A stretch of DNA of 64,000 nt, taken from the NCBI GenBank assembly GCA_040389905.1, contig JAZJZK010000014.1:96001-160000 (forward strand). The letters are read 5' to 3'. Both the position numbers and the translations under genes were made by a program. The notes under the pieces were generated by a model. That model was not told where the DNA came from. It saw only the letters and a list, made by a program, of their open reading frames with translations, and ran no database searches. The first letter of the stretch is position 1; each line of letters begins with the position of its first letter. Source of the DNA: Gemmatimonadota bacterium. Lineage in GTDB: Bacteria; Gemmatimonadota; Gemmatimonadetes; Gemmatimonadales; Gemmatimonadaceae. This document shows positions 49,365 through 59,659 of the stretch, piece after piece.

Positions 49365-49754
49365 ATGAAGAAACTTCTTTCCGTGCTCGTGCTCCTCATC
49401 CTCAGCGTGCGTCCGATCGCGGCGCAGGGCACCGGCGTCGCCGGCCAATGGAAGGCGGAGTTCGACACGCAAGTCGGGGTGCAGAAGTACCTGTACACGT
49501 TCAAGCAAGAGGGCGCAGCGCTCACAGGTGCGGCGAAGGCGGAGATGGCCGGCGAGAAGCGCGATGTCGTCCTGCGCGACGTGAAGGTCAATCGCGACAC
49601 GCTCACGTTCACCGAGACGCTCGACTTTCAGGGCAACACGCTCTCCATCACGTATACGGGAATCGTCACCGCCGATCAGATCGCCTTTACGCGCAAGGTG
49701 GGAGACTTTGCCACGGAGACGTTCGTCGCCAAGCGGGAGAAGGGAGGCGCGTAG
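49365..49754 (+). CDS. Small secreted beta-barrel-like protein
   Basis: Signal peptide MKKLLSVLVLL...IAA-Q; GQWKAEFDTQVG...YTFKQEGAALTG...ITYTG...IAFTRKVGDFATE. Confidence 0.75.
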   Translation: MKKLLSVLVLLILSVRPIAAQGTGVAGQWKAEFDTQVGVQKYLYTFKQEGAALTGAAKAEMAGEKRDVVLRDVKVNRDTLTFTETLDFQGNTLSITYTGIVTADQIAFTRKVGDFATETFVAKREKGGA

Positions 49755-49763
49755 ACGCGCGCG

Positions 49764-52469
49764 ATGACACCATCACGGTTCCTGCTCGCCGCCACGCTCG
49801 CCTGCGCTCCCCTCGGCCGTGCCGGCGCCCAGGACCCCCCGCCGCGCGCGCCCGGTGCGCCGCCCGCCGTCGCGCGTTCGATGTTCGACTCCGCCACGAC
49901 GATTCCGTGGTTCGCGCTCGGCGAATCGCCACTCGCGCTCCGTGGACCCGCGCGGCCCGGCGTGTTTGTCTCCGCCGTGGGCCGGCGCGCCATCGCGATG
50001 GGCACCGAGGACGGCCGGCTCGAGCTGTGGAGTTGGCCGCTCAAGTGGCTGCACGACTTCGAACTGTCATTCCGCGTCCCCAAGTACACCGAGCCGATAC
50101 TCGGACGCACCATCGCACAGTCGGTGACGGAGCGTCCGGAAGGCGTGACGATCGACTACGCGTACGAGCAGTTCACGGTGCGCGAGCACATCTTCGTGCC
50201 GCTCGACAAGCCCGCGATCGTCATCCTGCTCGAGGTGGACGCCATTCGTCCGCTCGACATCATCGCGCGGTTCAGCCCCGACATCCACTTCGCATGGCCC
50301 GCGTCACTCGGCGGACAGTATCTCATCTGGGAGCAGAACGCGCGCGCGTTCCTGTTCTCCGAGGCGAAGCGGTCCGTCAATGCGTTCATGGGCTCACCGG
50401 CGGTGACCGAGGCGAGCGACGTGCCCGCACACATGCTGTCGGCCGCGCCGCCGCAACTGGTGCTCGGCGTTGGCAGCGGGGCGCAGCGCTACACGGCGCC
50501 GCGGCTCGGCGAGCCACCGGGGCGCAACGTGAATGTGCGCGTGGCGTACATCCCCATCGTGCTCGCGGGCGGGCCAATGTCGCGCGACTCCGCGCTCGCG
50601 CTCTATCGCGAGCTCATCGCGCCCGGGGCCGCGGAGCGCGAGTGGAAGAAGCGCGTCGCACACGCGGACTCGCTGCGCACCACGATGTTCGCGCTGCGGT
50701 CGCCAGACACGGCGTTGAATCGCGCGGTGGAGTACGCGAAGGTGAACCTCGACGAGTCGTACGTCTGTAATCCCGACCTCGGTTGCGGCCTCGTCGCGGG
50801 TTACGGCCTTTCGGGCGCCGCCACGGACCGGCCGGGCTTCGGCTGGTTCTTCGGCGGCGACGCATCCATCAACTCGTTCGCGATGAATGGCGTTGGCCAG
50901 TCGTCACTCGTGCGCGACGGCGCGCTCCGGTTCTTCGCGAAGTTCCAGCGCGCCGATGGCAAGATCACGCACGAGATCTCGCAGGGCGCCGGACACGTGG
51001 ACTGGTTCAGTTATCCGTATCCCTACTATCACGGCGACACCACGCCATTCTGGATCCTCGCGTTCGGCGAGTATTGGCGCCAGTCGGGCGACTCCGCACT
51101 CGTGCGCGAGCTGTGGCCCAACCTCGAGCGCGCGTTCCGCTGGTCGCTCGCGACGGACAAGAACGGTGACGGCCTGATGGAGAATCCTTCAGCGGGCGCC
51201 GGCGCGCTCGAAGTGGGTGATCTCCAGGTCGGCATCCTCTCCGACGTCTACCTCAGCGGCGTGTGGGTCGCCGCGCTCGACCGCTTCGCCCGCTTGGCGG
51301 AGGCGCAGGGCCAGCCCGCGCTCGCGGCGCAGGCACGGCAGGTGCGCGCGAAGGCGCTCGCCACGATCGAGGGCACGCTGTGGATGCCGGCACTGGGCCA
51401 GTATGCCTTCGCGCTGCTCCAGGATGGCTCGGTGAACCCCAACCTCACCGCATGGGCCGCGACGGCGATGGCGTTCGGCATACTCGACCCCGCGCATGGC
51501 GCGGAAATGGCGGCCAAGCTGGCATCGTCGAGCGTGCTCACGGATTGGGGCGCCAGACCACTCAGCGCGACGAGCACGCTGTTCGACCCGCTGCACTACA
51601 ACAACGGCGCGGTGTGGCCGTTCGTCACCGGCTTCGTGTCGCTCGCGGAGTACGGCTATCACAACGCCGCGCCCGGCCTCTTCGCGCTCCAAGCGATTGC
51701 GCGAACGGGGTTCGACCATTCGCTCGGCCGGAATCCAGAGGTCATCTCCGGGCGTCTCTACAAACCGCTCGACACCGCGGTGCCGCAGCAGTTCTTCGCC
51801 ACGTCCATGGTGCTGACGCCGCTCATTCGCGGATTGCTCGGCATCGACGTGGATGCACCGCGGCGTCACGTGACGATCGCGCCGCACCTGCCGCCCGACT
51901 GGGATTCCGTGGCGGTGGATAACGTGCCCGTTGGCGCGGAGCGGCTTTCGTTCGTCGTTCGTCGCGGCACGGGGAGCATGACACTGTCCGTGAAGCGCCG
52001 CGGCGGAGATCGTGCGCCCCTCGGCATCGAGTTCGCGCCAGCCTTGCCGTTGGGCGCGCGCGTGTCGTCACCGAACGCGCAGGTACAGCGCACCGCGGGC
52101 GATGTGCACGTATCCGTGCGAGGACAGTTGTTCGATTCCACCGCGATGACCGTGACGTACCGGGGCGGCTGGAGCATCGTGCCACCCGTCATGCCGGCGG
52201 CGGTCGGGGCACGGTCGTCAGCGCCGAGGGTGGTGAGCGAGCGCCTGGGCGACGACGGGAGCTATCGCGTCGCGCTCGAGGGCCTGGCGGGGCGGTCGTA
52301 TTCGTTCCGCATTGTTGCGCCGGGCGTATTCGATGCGGCCCTCACGAATGGCGCGACGGCGGCGGTCGATCGGCAACGGGCGTCGGTTACCATCACGTTC
52401 GCGTCGGGTGTCGCCAACGCCGATGGCTACGTGCCGGCGACGATGACGTTGCGGGCGCGGGCTCAGTGA
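49764..52469 (+). CDS. Secreted (alpha/alpha)6-barrel glycoside hydrolase (amylo-alpha-1,6-glucosidase / glycogen-debranching-like)
   Basis: Signal peptide; RPGFGWFFGGD, QRADGKITHE, HGDTTP, DKNGDGLMEN, YNNGAVWPF, PEV.SG. Confidence 0.8.
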   Translation: MTPSRFLLAATLACAPLGRAGAQDPPPRAPGAPPAVARSMFDSATTIPWFALGESPLALRGPARPGVFVSAVGRRAIAMGTEDGRLELWSWPLKWLHDFELSFRVPKYTEPILGRTIAQSVTERPEGVTIDYAYEQFTVREHIFVPLDKPAIVILLEVDAIRPLDIIARFSPDIHFAWPASLGGQYLIWEQNARAFLFSEAKRSVNAFMGSPAVTEASDVPAHMLSAAPPQLVLGVGSGAQRYTAPRLGEPPGRNVNVRVAYIPIVLAGGPMSRDSALALYRELIAPGAAEREWKKRVAHADSLRTTMFALRSPDTALNRAVEYAKVNLDESYVCNPDLGCGLVAGYGLSGAATDRPGFGWFFGGDASINSFAMNGVGQSSLVRDGALRFFAKFQRADGKITHEISQGAGHVDWFSYPYPYYHGDTTPFWILAFGEYWRQSGDSALVRELWPNLERAFRWSLATDKNGDGLMENPSAGAGALEVGDLQVGILSDVYLSGVWVAALDRFARLAEAQGQPALAAQARQVRAKALATIEGTLWMPALGQYAFALLQDGSVNPNLTAWAATAMAFGILDPAHGAEMAAKLASSSVLTDWGARPLSATSTLFDPLHYNNGAVWPFVTGFVSLAEYGYHNAAPGLFALQAIARTGFDHSLGRNPEVISGRLYKPLDTAVPQQFFATSMVLTPLIRGLLGIDVDAPRRHVTIAPHLPPDWDSVAVDNVPVGAERLSFVVRRGTGSMTLSVKRRGGDRAPLGIEFAPALPLGARVSSPNAQVQRTAGDVHVSVRGQLFDSTAMTVTYRGGWSIVPPVMPAAVGARSSAPRVVSERLGDDGSYRVALEGLAGRSYSFRIVAPGVFDAALTNGATAAVDRQRASVTITFASGVANADGYVPATMTLRARAQ

Positions 52470-52548
52470 TACGCCGGCCTGTCAAGGAATGATGCCCTGG
52501 TCTTGCGAGCATTGAATCGTTTAGAGCTGCGAACATCAGCGCGTTCGT

Positions 52549-54057
52549 TCAATCTGGCTTCGTCACCCGTTTGACGCGAAAATCGGTGCTCGACTCCGGA
52601 TTCACCCAATCATAGCCCTCGATGGGATAGAGCTGTCCGTCCGGGCCTCGAACGGTATTCGGAGGATCGCCCGGTACGCTCGTGGAGCCTACGGAGCGCG
52701 TAGTCGTCCGCGCCGTTTTTCGCTTAACACGCAAATCCGTACTCGACGACGGATCCACCCAGTCGTAGCCCTCGATAGGATACAGCTGACCGTCGACGCC
52801 ACGAACTGTATTCGGTGGATCCCGGTCCGAGACCGTAACCGTAGATTCCCGCGTTTGCACAGGCGCAGCCGTGGGGACGCGCGTCACCCGCAAGTCCGTA
52901 CTCGACGTCGGATTGACCCACGCATACCCCTCTACGGGATACAGCTGACCATCAACGCCGCGAACGGTGTGTTGTGGATCTTGGCCGCCATCACTTCCCC
53001 CGACGGTCGGAGAGGCTTCCGCAACCGCAACTCGCCTTACCCGGAAATCGGTGCTCGAATTCTCATCGACCCAGGCGTACCCCTGGATGGGATAGAGCTG
53101 GCCATCGACGCCACGCACGGTATTTGGCGGGTCCCCCGTTGGCGTCGGAGACGTCCCGGACGGCGACGTTCGTCCCGCCACGGCGACTACGACGTCGCGA
53201 AATCCGCCGCTTCGCGGCCCGTACTGCTCGAGCAAGTGCGTCCAGCTTCTCTGTGCGCGAGCGATCTGGACGGCGCACGCGTCCGCTCTCGCCCTTGGAA
53301 TTGCGCTCAGGTTCATTCCCGGACGCAGATTCGTCCAACAATCCAGGCGGGCGGCCCTCTGCGCATCGAGTCCGTGGACGTCGATCACGCGCTCGTACGT
53401 CCATTCTTCACTTTGCGCCATCGCACGAAAGACGAGACTCGCGGACATCAGGCCAATCCAATCCTGGGCGCGAGCGAGCATCCACCCTGCGAACTCGTCG
53501 GCAGCCGGGTCTTCATCGCCGGTAATTGGCAGATTGTATCGCGCTATGACCGCGTGACCAATCTCGTGCGCAAGCCAGAATCTCGTTCCGTGCACGGCCG
53601 TTCTCAGCGGGTTGCCGTCGCTGGCGGGTTGCTTCCGCTGCATGTCGAGCAGAAGCTCGGCGCAAACGAGCACCTCATCCGCGCGCGGTCTGTAGAACGC
53701 ATTCGAGAGTCCGCACGGACGCACCGTGAATCGCAGTGCAGGCATGTGGACCGTTCTCTGAAGCGTTTGCACAATGATATCCACCGCGCCTTCCTTCACC
53801 GCATCGAGGATCCTGTTGATCGGCTCTTCCTCGTCCGGCGAGCGATAACGCACGGTGTCCCGAAGATCGGCGCTGATCCAATACTTTGCATTGCCTTTCC
53901 GCACACTCGTCGATGACGGGGACTGCTGACCGGCAATCGGCCGGGCAGTCGCAGCGATCACAAATAATAGGATCGACAGCAACAACCCGAGCCTCGTGAT
54001 TCGCTCGAGGCCATGATGGAGAGATCGGCCGGGGAGGCTAGTAGTACTGTCGCACAT
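52549..54057 (-). CDS. DUF4344-like metallopeptidase with four C-terminal ~35-aa repeats; start uncertain
   Basis: CGLSNAFY, HEIGH, GDEDPAADEFA, DVHGLDAQR; hydrophobic signal-like N-terminus. Confidence 0.75.
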   Translation of the reverse strand: MCDSTTSLPGRSLHHGLERITRLGLLLSILLFVIAATARPIAGQQSPSSTSVRKGNAKYWISADLRDTVRYRSPDEEEPINRILDAVKEGAVDIIVQTLQRTVHMPALRFTVRPCGLSNAFYRPRADEVLVCAELLLDMQRKQPASDGNPLRTAVHGTRFWLAHEIGHAVIARYNLPITGDEDPAADEFAGWMLARAQDWIGLMSASLVFRAMAQSEEWTYERVIDVHGLDAQRAARLDCWTNLRPGMNLSAIPRARADACAVQIARAQRSWTHLLEQYGPRSGGFRDVVVAVAGRTSPSGTSPTPTGDPPNTVRGVDGQLYPIQGYAWVDENSSTDFRVRRVAVAEASPTVGGSDGGQDPQHTVRGVDGQLYPVEGYAWVNPTSSTDLRVTRVPTAAPVQTRESTVTVSDRDPPNTVRGVDGQLYPIEGYDWVDPSSSTDLRVKRKTARTTTRSVGSTSVPGDPPNTVRGPDGQLYPIEGYDWVNPESSTDFRVKRVTKPD

Positions 54058-57001
54058 ACCCGTAGGCCTTCTCGAACAGCTCGACATCCTGGTGCAACTG
54101 ATACTTGAGCAGACTGCGCCTGAGCGCGGCTTTGACTTGGCGCTCGCCGGCGGTCGTTTGCTGCCAACCAGGGAAGCGCACGAGCCTCACGATCTCGTCG
54201 ATATCTGCAACGATGCGTTCGACGACAATCGGCGTGCTGGAATTCCGCACCTGCTGAAAGAGCTCCGTCAACGCCGCCTTCGCCCGATCCTCATCCGCCT
54301 CTGCGGGCGTTTCGTTTTCGGTCGCCACGAGATCGCGGGCCAACTCGAGGAGGCTCTTCAGAAAGTCGATGCTGTTGAGCAATCCGCGCTCGTGACGCTC
54401 CTTCAACGCTTCCAATCGTTCAGAGAGCTGCTTGTATTGCGGGTTGCCCATGTGTTTGCGCAGACGCGCGATCAGCTTGGTTTCGAATTCCTTCGCGCGC
54501 TTGTTCGGATCCGGCGATCCCATCACCGCTTCCAGCAACTCCGCATCGACGACCAGCGTCTCAAGATCGTCGCGCACGGCATCGACGTGCACATTCTGGT
54601 GAATGAGCTCGATCGTCTTGGCGCCGAGCGCGTGCCAGATCAGCTTGCCCGTTCCGCTCGTGGGCTGCACGGAGACGTACACCTGCGTGAGCCAGCGATA
54701 GTCGGTCTCGAACGCTGACAAGACGGGATCCGGCGAGATGGCCTCCCACAGCTTGCCGAGCACGGAATACTCGGCGGCGAACGCATCGCGGACATCGTTG
54801 TTCGGTAGGCACTCCTGCGCGGCCATCAAGCCCTCGTAGCCGGAGTGCGTCCGGTCCACACCGGGGAAGAAGGCCATGCACTTCTGCATCGCCTCCGGCA
54901 GTTGCGACTTGAGTCCTTCAATGTTGCCGACGACGCTCTGGAAACCCTTCTCATCGAACTCGATGGCCTTGGCCACATCGTCGAAGACGCCGAGATAATC
55001 GACGATGATGCCGTGTGTCTTGGTATCGCTGTAGGTGCGGTTGGTGCGACAGATGGCCTGAAGCAGCGTGTGATCGCGCATCGGTTTGTCGAGATACATC
55101 GCCTGGAGAATCGGCGCGTCGAAGCCGGTGAGGAGCTTCGCGGTGACAATGAGAAGCGACAGCGGATCGTTGGGATCTCGGAAGCGGTCGAGGAGCTTCT
55201 CCTCTTCGTCGCGCCCGCGAGCGTACGGCTTGAAACGCTCGTCATTCCCGCTGGCGGAGATGACGATCTCGCTCGCCTCTGGCGGAAGCAGTTGATCGAG
55301 CGCGGCCTTGTAGAGTAGGCAACACTCCTGATCGAAGGTGACAACCATCCCCTTGAAACCATTCGGGGCAACGGACTCCTGGAAGTGCTTCGCGATATCC
55401 GCGCAGACCTTGCTGACGCGATCTGGAACCTTCACCAGCACGGCCATCTTCGACGCGGCCTTCGCAAGGTTGTCCTTGTCCAGGTCCGACAGATCGCCGG
55501 TGAGCGCGTGGTACGCCTGATCGATTGCGGCTTTGTCGATATGGAGGTCGACGAGACGAGGCTCGAAGTGCAGCGGGAGTGTGGCGCCGTCGCGAATGGA
55601 CTCCTCGAAACCATACCGGCTCATGTAGCCCTTCGCGTCCTCCTCGGCGCCGAACGCATAGTACGTGTTCTTGTCGCGCCGGTTGATCGGGGTACCGGTG
55701 AGTCCGAACAGGAAGGCATTCGGAAGTGCGGCGCGCATCTTCATGCCAAGGTCGCCTTCCTGCGTGCGGTGCGCTTCATCGACCAGTGCGACGATGTTGC
55801 TGCTCTCGTTGAGGACACCGCCTGCTTCGCCGAACTTGAAGATGGTGGTGATGATGATCTTTCGCGTGTCCTGCTTGAGCAACACGCGCAAATCCTCGCG
55901 CGTCTCCGCCTTCACGAGATTCGGGACGTCAGACGCGTGGAAGGTGGAGCTGATCTGCGCATCGAGGTCAATGCGGTCGACGATGATGAGGACGGCGGGA
56001 TTGCCGAGCGCGGGCTGCATGCGAAGCTTCTGCGCGGCGAAGACCATGAGGAGCGACTTGCCGGAGCCCTGGAAGTGCCAGATGAGGCCCTTGCGCGGCT
56101 GGCCGGCCAAGACGCGCTGGACGATCATGTTCGCCGCTTCGTACTGCTGGTAGCGACAGACGACCTTGATGCGGCGCTTGTTCTTGTCGGTGGCGTAGAG
56201 CGTGAAGTGGGCGAGGATGTCGAGCAGTACCGACGGTCTTAGAAGTCCGTTGACCGCCGCCTTGAGGCCGGCGAGTGTGCCCGGAGCGGCGGAAGAGTGA
56301 TCGCGCCACGGACCCCAGAGATTCACGGGCATTCGCACGGAGCCGTACATCAGCTCCTTCCCCTCTGTGGCAACGCTGACGACGTTGGCGACGAACAGCT
56401 CGGGGACGTTCTTCTCGTAGTCGTCGTGGAGTTGGAGCGCGCCGTCGAGCCAACTCACGGCGTGGCGGACGGGGGTCTTGGCTTCGATGACGACGAGTGG
56501 GAAGCCGTTGACGAGCAGCACCAAATCGGCGCGACGTTCGGACTTGCCGGCGCGGAAGGTGAACTGGCTGGTGACGACGTAGTGGTTGTTCTCGAGGTTC
56601 TCCAAATCGATGAGGCGAACGGTGACGTGCTCGTTGTTCTCCCCGAATGGCATCGAGCGATCGCCGCGGAGCCATGCAGTCAGTTCCTCGTTGGCCTTGA
56701 TGAGGCCATCGGAGCGGACGCTCAGCAGGATTGCGCGGAGCTTGTAGAGGACTTCGTCGGTGCGATCGGGGTCGGCTTCTATTTCAGGGTTGAGACGGAC
56801 AAGTGCGTCGCGGATCCAGTCTTCGACGAATACTTCGTGGTGCTGGCGGGGGATGACGGAGGGCGCGAGGTAGTGCCAGCCGAGGCCGGAGATCTTGCCG
56901 GCGTGGTGCGCGAGGCCAGGGCCGGCGGCGGTGTGGTGGACTACGCCGCCGCAGAGGAGGTCGCGGACGAGGTTCTCGACTGTGGACGCCTCAGTGAACA
57001 T
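54038..57001 (-). CDS. hsdR: Type I restriction enzyme subunit R
   Basis: RADLVLLVNGFPLVVIEAK nuclease motif; WHFQGSGKS; VDEAHR; TGTP; LLTGFDAP; QAICRTNR. Confidence 0.96.
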   Translation of the reverse strand: MFTEASTVENLVRDLLCGGVVHHTAAGPGLAHHAGKISGLGWHYLAPSVIPRQHHEVFVEDWIRDALVRLNPEIEADPDRTDEVLYKLRAILLSVRSDGLIKANEELTAWLRGDRSMPFGENNEHVTVRLIDLENLENNHYVVTSQFTFRAGKSERRADLVLLVNGFPLVVIEAKTPVRHAVSWLDGALQLHDDYEKNVPELFVANVVSVATEGKELMYGSVRMPVNLWGPWRDHSSAAPGTLAGLKAAVNGLLRPSVLLDILAHFTLYATDKNKRRIKVVCRYQQYEAANMIVQRVLAGQPRKGLIWHFQGSGKSLLMVFAAQKLRMQPALGNPAVLIIVDRIDLDAQISSTFHASDVPNLVKAETREDLRVLLKQDTRKIIITTIFKFGEAGGVLNESSNIVALVDEAHRTQEGDLGMKMRAALPNAFLFGLTGTPINRRDKNTYYAFGAEEDAKGYMSRYGFEESIRDGATLPLHFEPRLVDLHIDKAAIDQAYHALTGDLSDLDKDNLAKAASKMAVLVKVPDRVSKVCADIAKHFQESVAPNGFKGMVVTFDQECCLLYKAALDQLLPPEASEIVISASGNDERFKPYARGRDEEEKLLDRFRDPNDPLSLLIVTAKLLTGFDAPILQAMYLDKPMRDHTLLQAICRTNRTYSDTKTHGIIVDYLGVFDDVAKAIEFDEKGFQSVVGNIEGLKSQLPEAMQKCMAFFPGVDRTHSGYEGLMAAQECLPNNDVRDAFAAEYSVLGKLWEAISPDPVLSAFETDYRWLTQVYVSVQPTSGTGKLIWHALGAKTIELIHQNVHVDAVRDDLETLVVDAELLEAVMGSPDPNKRAKEFETKLIARLRKHMGNPQYKQLSERLEALKERHERGLLNSIDFLKSLLELARDLVATENETPAEADEDRAKAALTELFQQVRNSSTPIVVERIVADIDEIVRLVRFPGWQQTTAGERQVKAALRRSLLKYQLHQDVELFEKAYGYVRQYY

Positions 57002-58196
57002 CGCGGACAATCCCGAGCATATTCACGGCTTTCCTTGTGAGAGACTTGATCTCGCGTTCATGCACGTCAATCACGTCTCGCGCGCGCTCCTGTCTACGCA
57101 GCTCTTCCAGAATCCGTCGCTGTTCATCGAGAGGAGGTGCGGGCAAGAGAAGTTGAGCGAACCGCACTGCCGTCAAGTGTGCGATTGACGTTGTCTGTAC
57201 AGCAACTTTGGCAAACTGCCCGGAATAGAGCATGTGCTGAAAAAACGCCTGTACAAATTCCGGAAGTAACCGTGGGCCACAGCGAAACCGAATAAGGGTC
57301 TTCTGAAAGCATGCGCCCGTTATCTCCCCACGATAGATGCAGCTTCGCCCGACAAGTTCGATACTCTGTCCTTCGTTCAGAAGGATGTCTCCTGCGCGAA
57401 GTTGAAACTTCGACATTGCGTCGCGTGGGAAATGCATCGAAAGCACGTTACTCACGTCTAGCCAACCATCCATGACATTCGCCACCCTTAAGTAAGGGCG
57501 AACGTTGCTGCCGCTTTCGAATGACGGATGACGCTGTTGGCCGAGCTGCACATCCCCCGCCTCTCGAACAGCAAGAACTTCCCAATGCGCGGGAAACACA
57601 TCTCGGGATCCTCTGGCGGGACGGAAGAGGCTAACAAGATATGATCGTCGAAGGCGCTCCGCTTCGTCACGTGCGGCGCGAGCAGCGTTGACAGTTGCGG
57701 TGGCCGCGGTAAGGAGGCTGGTCAAGCGAACCTGGTCCTCCATCGATGGCAGCGTGAACTCATACCACGCGAGATCCGAGAAATTTACATAGGGGTTGAC
57801 GGAGCCCTTAGATTCGCGTTTCGAGTGAGCGTGAAAACCGTCGGTCTGCATAACAAACGGGAGCAGCGCGGGCAACAACACGCTCGGGTCTGCAGACTCG
57901 AGAACAAAAGTTGTATTGGCGCAAACGCCATCAAAGTCAGCAAGTGCGACCTTTCGCAAGTACGTGCGCCTTGACCCATAGAGTACGTGACCCGGGCGAA
58001 ATCGCGCGTGGAATGCCGGACCGAGATACCCCGCACCGATTTCGCCCCAACTGCGAATGCGCAGATCATCTGTATCCATGTGTTCACCGGCGACGAATCG
58101 CTCTAGCCCTGATGTCTCAGGATCCACGCGCTCCTTCACTTGGCGCGCGACATCGCCAAACTTCACGCGCGTCCAACCCGGCTTGAGGTCAGACAC
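56991..58196 (-). CDS. hsdS: Type I R-M specificity subunit
   Basis: Two TRDs flanked by PGW..VKFGDV / LPSMEDQ and PAHWEV / PAPPLDEQRRI; AT-richer; GTG start overlaps the upstream stop. Confidence 0.92.
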   Translation of the reverse strand: MSDLKPGWTRVKFGDVARQVKERVDPETSGLERFVAGEHMDTDDLRIRSWGEIGAGYLGPAFHARFRPGHVLYGSRRTYLRKVALADFDGVCANTTFVLESADPSVLLPALLPFVMQTDGFHAHSKRESKGSVNPYVNFSDLAWYEFTLPSMEDQVRLTSLLTAATATVNAARAARDEAERLRRSYLVSLFRPARGSRDVFPAHWEVLAVREAGDVQLGQQRHPSFESGSNVRPYLRVANVMDGWLDVSNVLSMHFPRDAMSKFQLRAGDILLNEGQSIELVGRSCIYRGEITGACFQKTLIRFRCGPRLLPEFVQAFFQHMLYSGQFAKVAVQTTSIAHLTAVRFAQLLLPAPPLDEQRRILEELRRQERARDVIDVHEREIKSLTRKAVNMLGIVRDVH

Positions 58197-59283
58197 GCGC
58201 GGTTTCCTCCGCCCAAGCGTAGCGCACCTTGAGCCCGTTCATTTGCGCATGCGTGATGAACCGATCGTGTTGCATCCGCCCGACGAGGATTCCCGGCGCA
58301 ACACCCACCTGCCCCGCATACGCCGAGACTTCGGCCTCGGTTCGAAGCAACTGTAGCTGACTTGCATGCTCCGGCGGCACCAGTACATCTGCCGCAAAGC
58401 GATTTGCCTCGTCCTCTTTGTCCTGATCGAGACCATCCAGTCCTTCGATGACGAGCAACTTCTTGCCATGCTTGATGAGATGCGCCGCCTCATGGAAGAA
58501 GCTGAACCACAGCTGGTCATTGCTCTTGTACCGGACGCTCAACGCAAGCAGCGCCTTGTCGCTCGTCAGCCAGCGTGTCGCCCCGTGTATGGGGCATCCG
58601 GGCGGCGCAGGCACAAATACCACCGCCACGCCACATGCCGCGCACAGCGACTGAAGCTGCGGTACGAACACTTGCGGGTCAGCTTCCGCCGCAAGAGCAC
58701 GAATACTGACGAGCGCCTCGCGAAACGCACTCACGTTGAATGGTGCACAATCAATGGTCGCCGCCTCGAGCTCCGCCGCCCGCAACCAGGCCGCGACCGC
58801 ACCCAGACGCTTGTCCACCTTCACCGATGCGCGAAAGGCCGCCAACGGCTGCGCGTACGTCTCACGCCACGCCGGCACTGAGGCAACGCCGAACCAGCGC
58901 AATAGTGCATCTACCTTGGCAGGCTTGGACGCCACGGACGCGATCAGTCCGCGCGACACCATCCACGCCACCGGGAGCTCGGCAAGCCAGCCCGCGTCCG
59001 CAGCGTGCGCTTCGAGCGCCCTCTCGTGCTCGAGGCCAGCGCGGTACTTCGCTTCGCGCGTCAGCCAAAACTCAGTCGTGCTACCGAGCACCGTGCTGAG
59101 ACGCTGCGCTGCCTCGGGGGAGATAGGGACCTTCCCGCGCACCAGATCGTTCACGTGCTTTTTGGTGAATCCGGTGCGCGTCGCGAGGTCCTGCTGCGAC
59201 CAGCCGCGCTCCTCCAGGAGGTCGGCGATCGTATCGCCCGGCACCGACACCCAGTCGGGGCGGAATGGGCGGGGGTCAGTCAT
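58189..59283 (-). CDS. higA: HigA-family HTH antitoxin fused to ImmA/IrrE (M78) metallopeptidase
   Basis: PGDTIADLLEERGWSQQDLA...EFWL; WFSFFHEAAH...EDEANRFA. Confidence 0.88.
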   Translation of the reverse strand: MTDPRPFRPDWVSVPGDTIADLLEERGWSQQDLATRTGFTKKHVNDLVRGKVPISPEAAQRLSTVLGSTTEFWLTREAKYRAGLEHERALEAHAADAGWLAELPVAWMVSRGLIASVASKPAKVDALLRWFGVASVPAWRETYAQPLAAFRASVKVDKRLGAVAAWLRAAELEAATIDCAPFNVSAFREALVSIRALAAEADPQVFVPQLQSLCAACGVAVVFVPAPPGCPIHGATRWLTSDKALLALSVRYKSNDQLWFSFFHEAAHLIKHGKKLLVIEGLDGLDQDKEDEANRFAADVLVPPEHASQLQLLRTEAEVSAYAGQVGVAPGILVGRMQHDRFITHAQMNGLKVRYAWAEETARV

Positions 59284-59605
59284 GATAATCTCCGATGTAC
59301 GTAATGCGGACGCGGGTCACGCGCTGCCAGTCGATCGAGCCGTCAGCACGGACCGGCGTTGGCGTATCCGCGGGCTCGAACACGAGGCGACGACCACCGT
59401 CGAGGTCGAGCGCAAACTCACCGGCGCGATCGCCTTTGAGGGGATGGGGCCGCCCTGCGACGAGCTCGGACACGCGGGATACAGCGTCGAGATCGGCCAG
59501 ACGCGACCGGAGCTTCTTTGCTCCCACCGCGCCCAGCCGTTTGTTCTGCGTGCGCTCGGTGGAGCACAACGCTTCCAGATCATTGTTCCCAAAAAGTATA
59601 TCCAA
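59276..59605 (-). CDS. higB: HigB/RelE-like toxin (killer suppression protein type)
   Basis: LDILF...KKLRSRLADL...GRPHPLKGDRAGEFALDLDGGRRLVF...I.DYH; TTG start at 59605 with GGAG upstream. Confidence 0.85.
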   Translation of the reverse strand: MDILFGNNDLEALCSTERTQNKRLGAVGAKKLRSRLADLDAVSRVSELVAGRPHPLKGDRAGEFALDLDGGRRLVFEPADTPTPVRADGSIDWQRVTRVRITYIGDYHD

Positions 59606-59629
59606 CCGGTGGGCTCCACGCAAGATATT

Positions 59630-59648
59630 GTTCACCAATTCGGTGAAC
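59630..59648. promoter_or_regulatory. Palindromic putative HigA operator
   Basis: GTTCACC-AATTC-GGTGAAC in the short gap between hsdM2 and higB. Confidence 0.55.
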
Positions 59649-59659
59649 GCTTTCCTTGG

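Noticed and set aside
52564..53137. Repeat-spacer-like DNA pattern
   Set aside because: The repeats are in frame within a CDS and vary at synonymous positions, so they are protein repeats.
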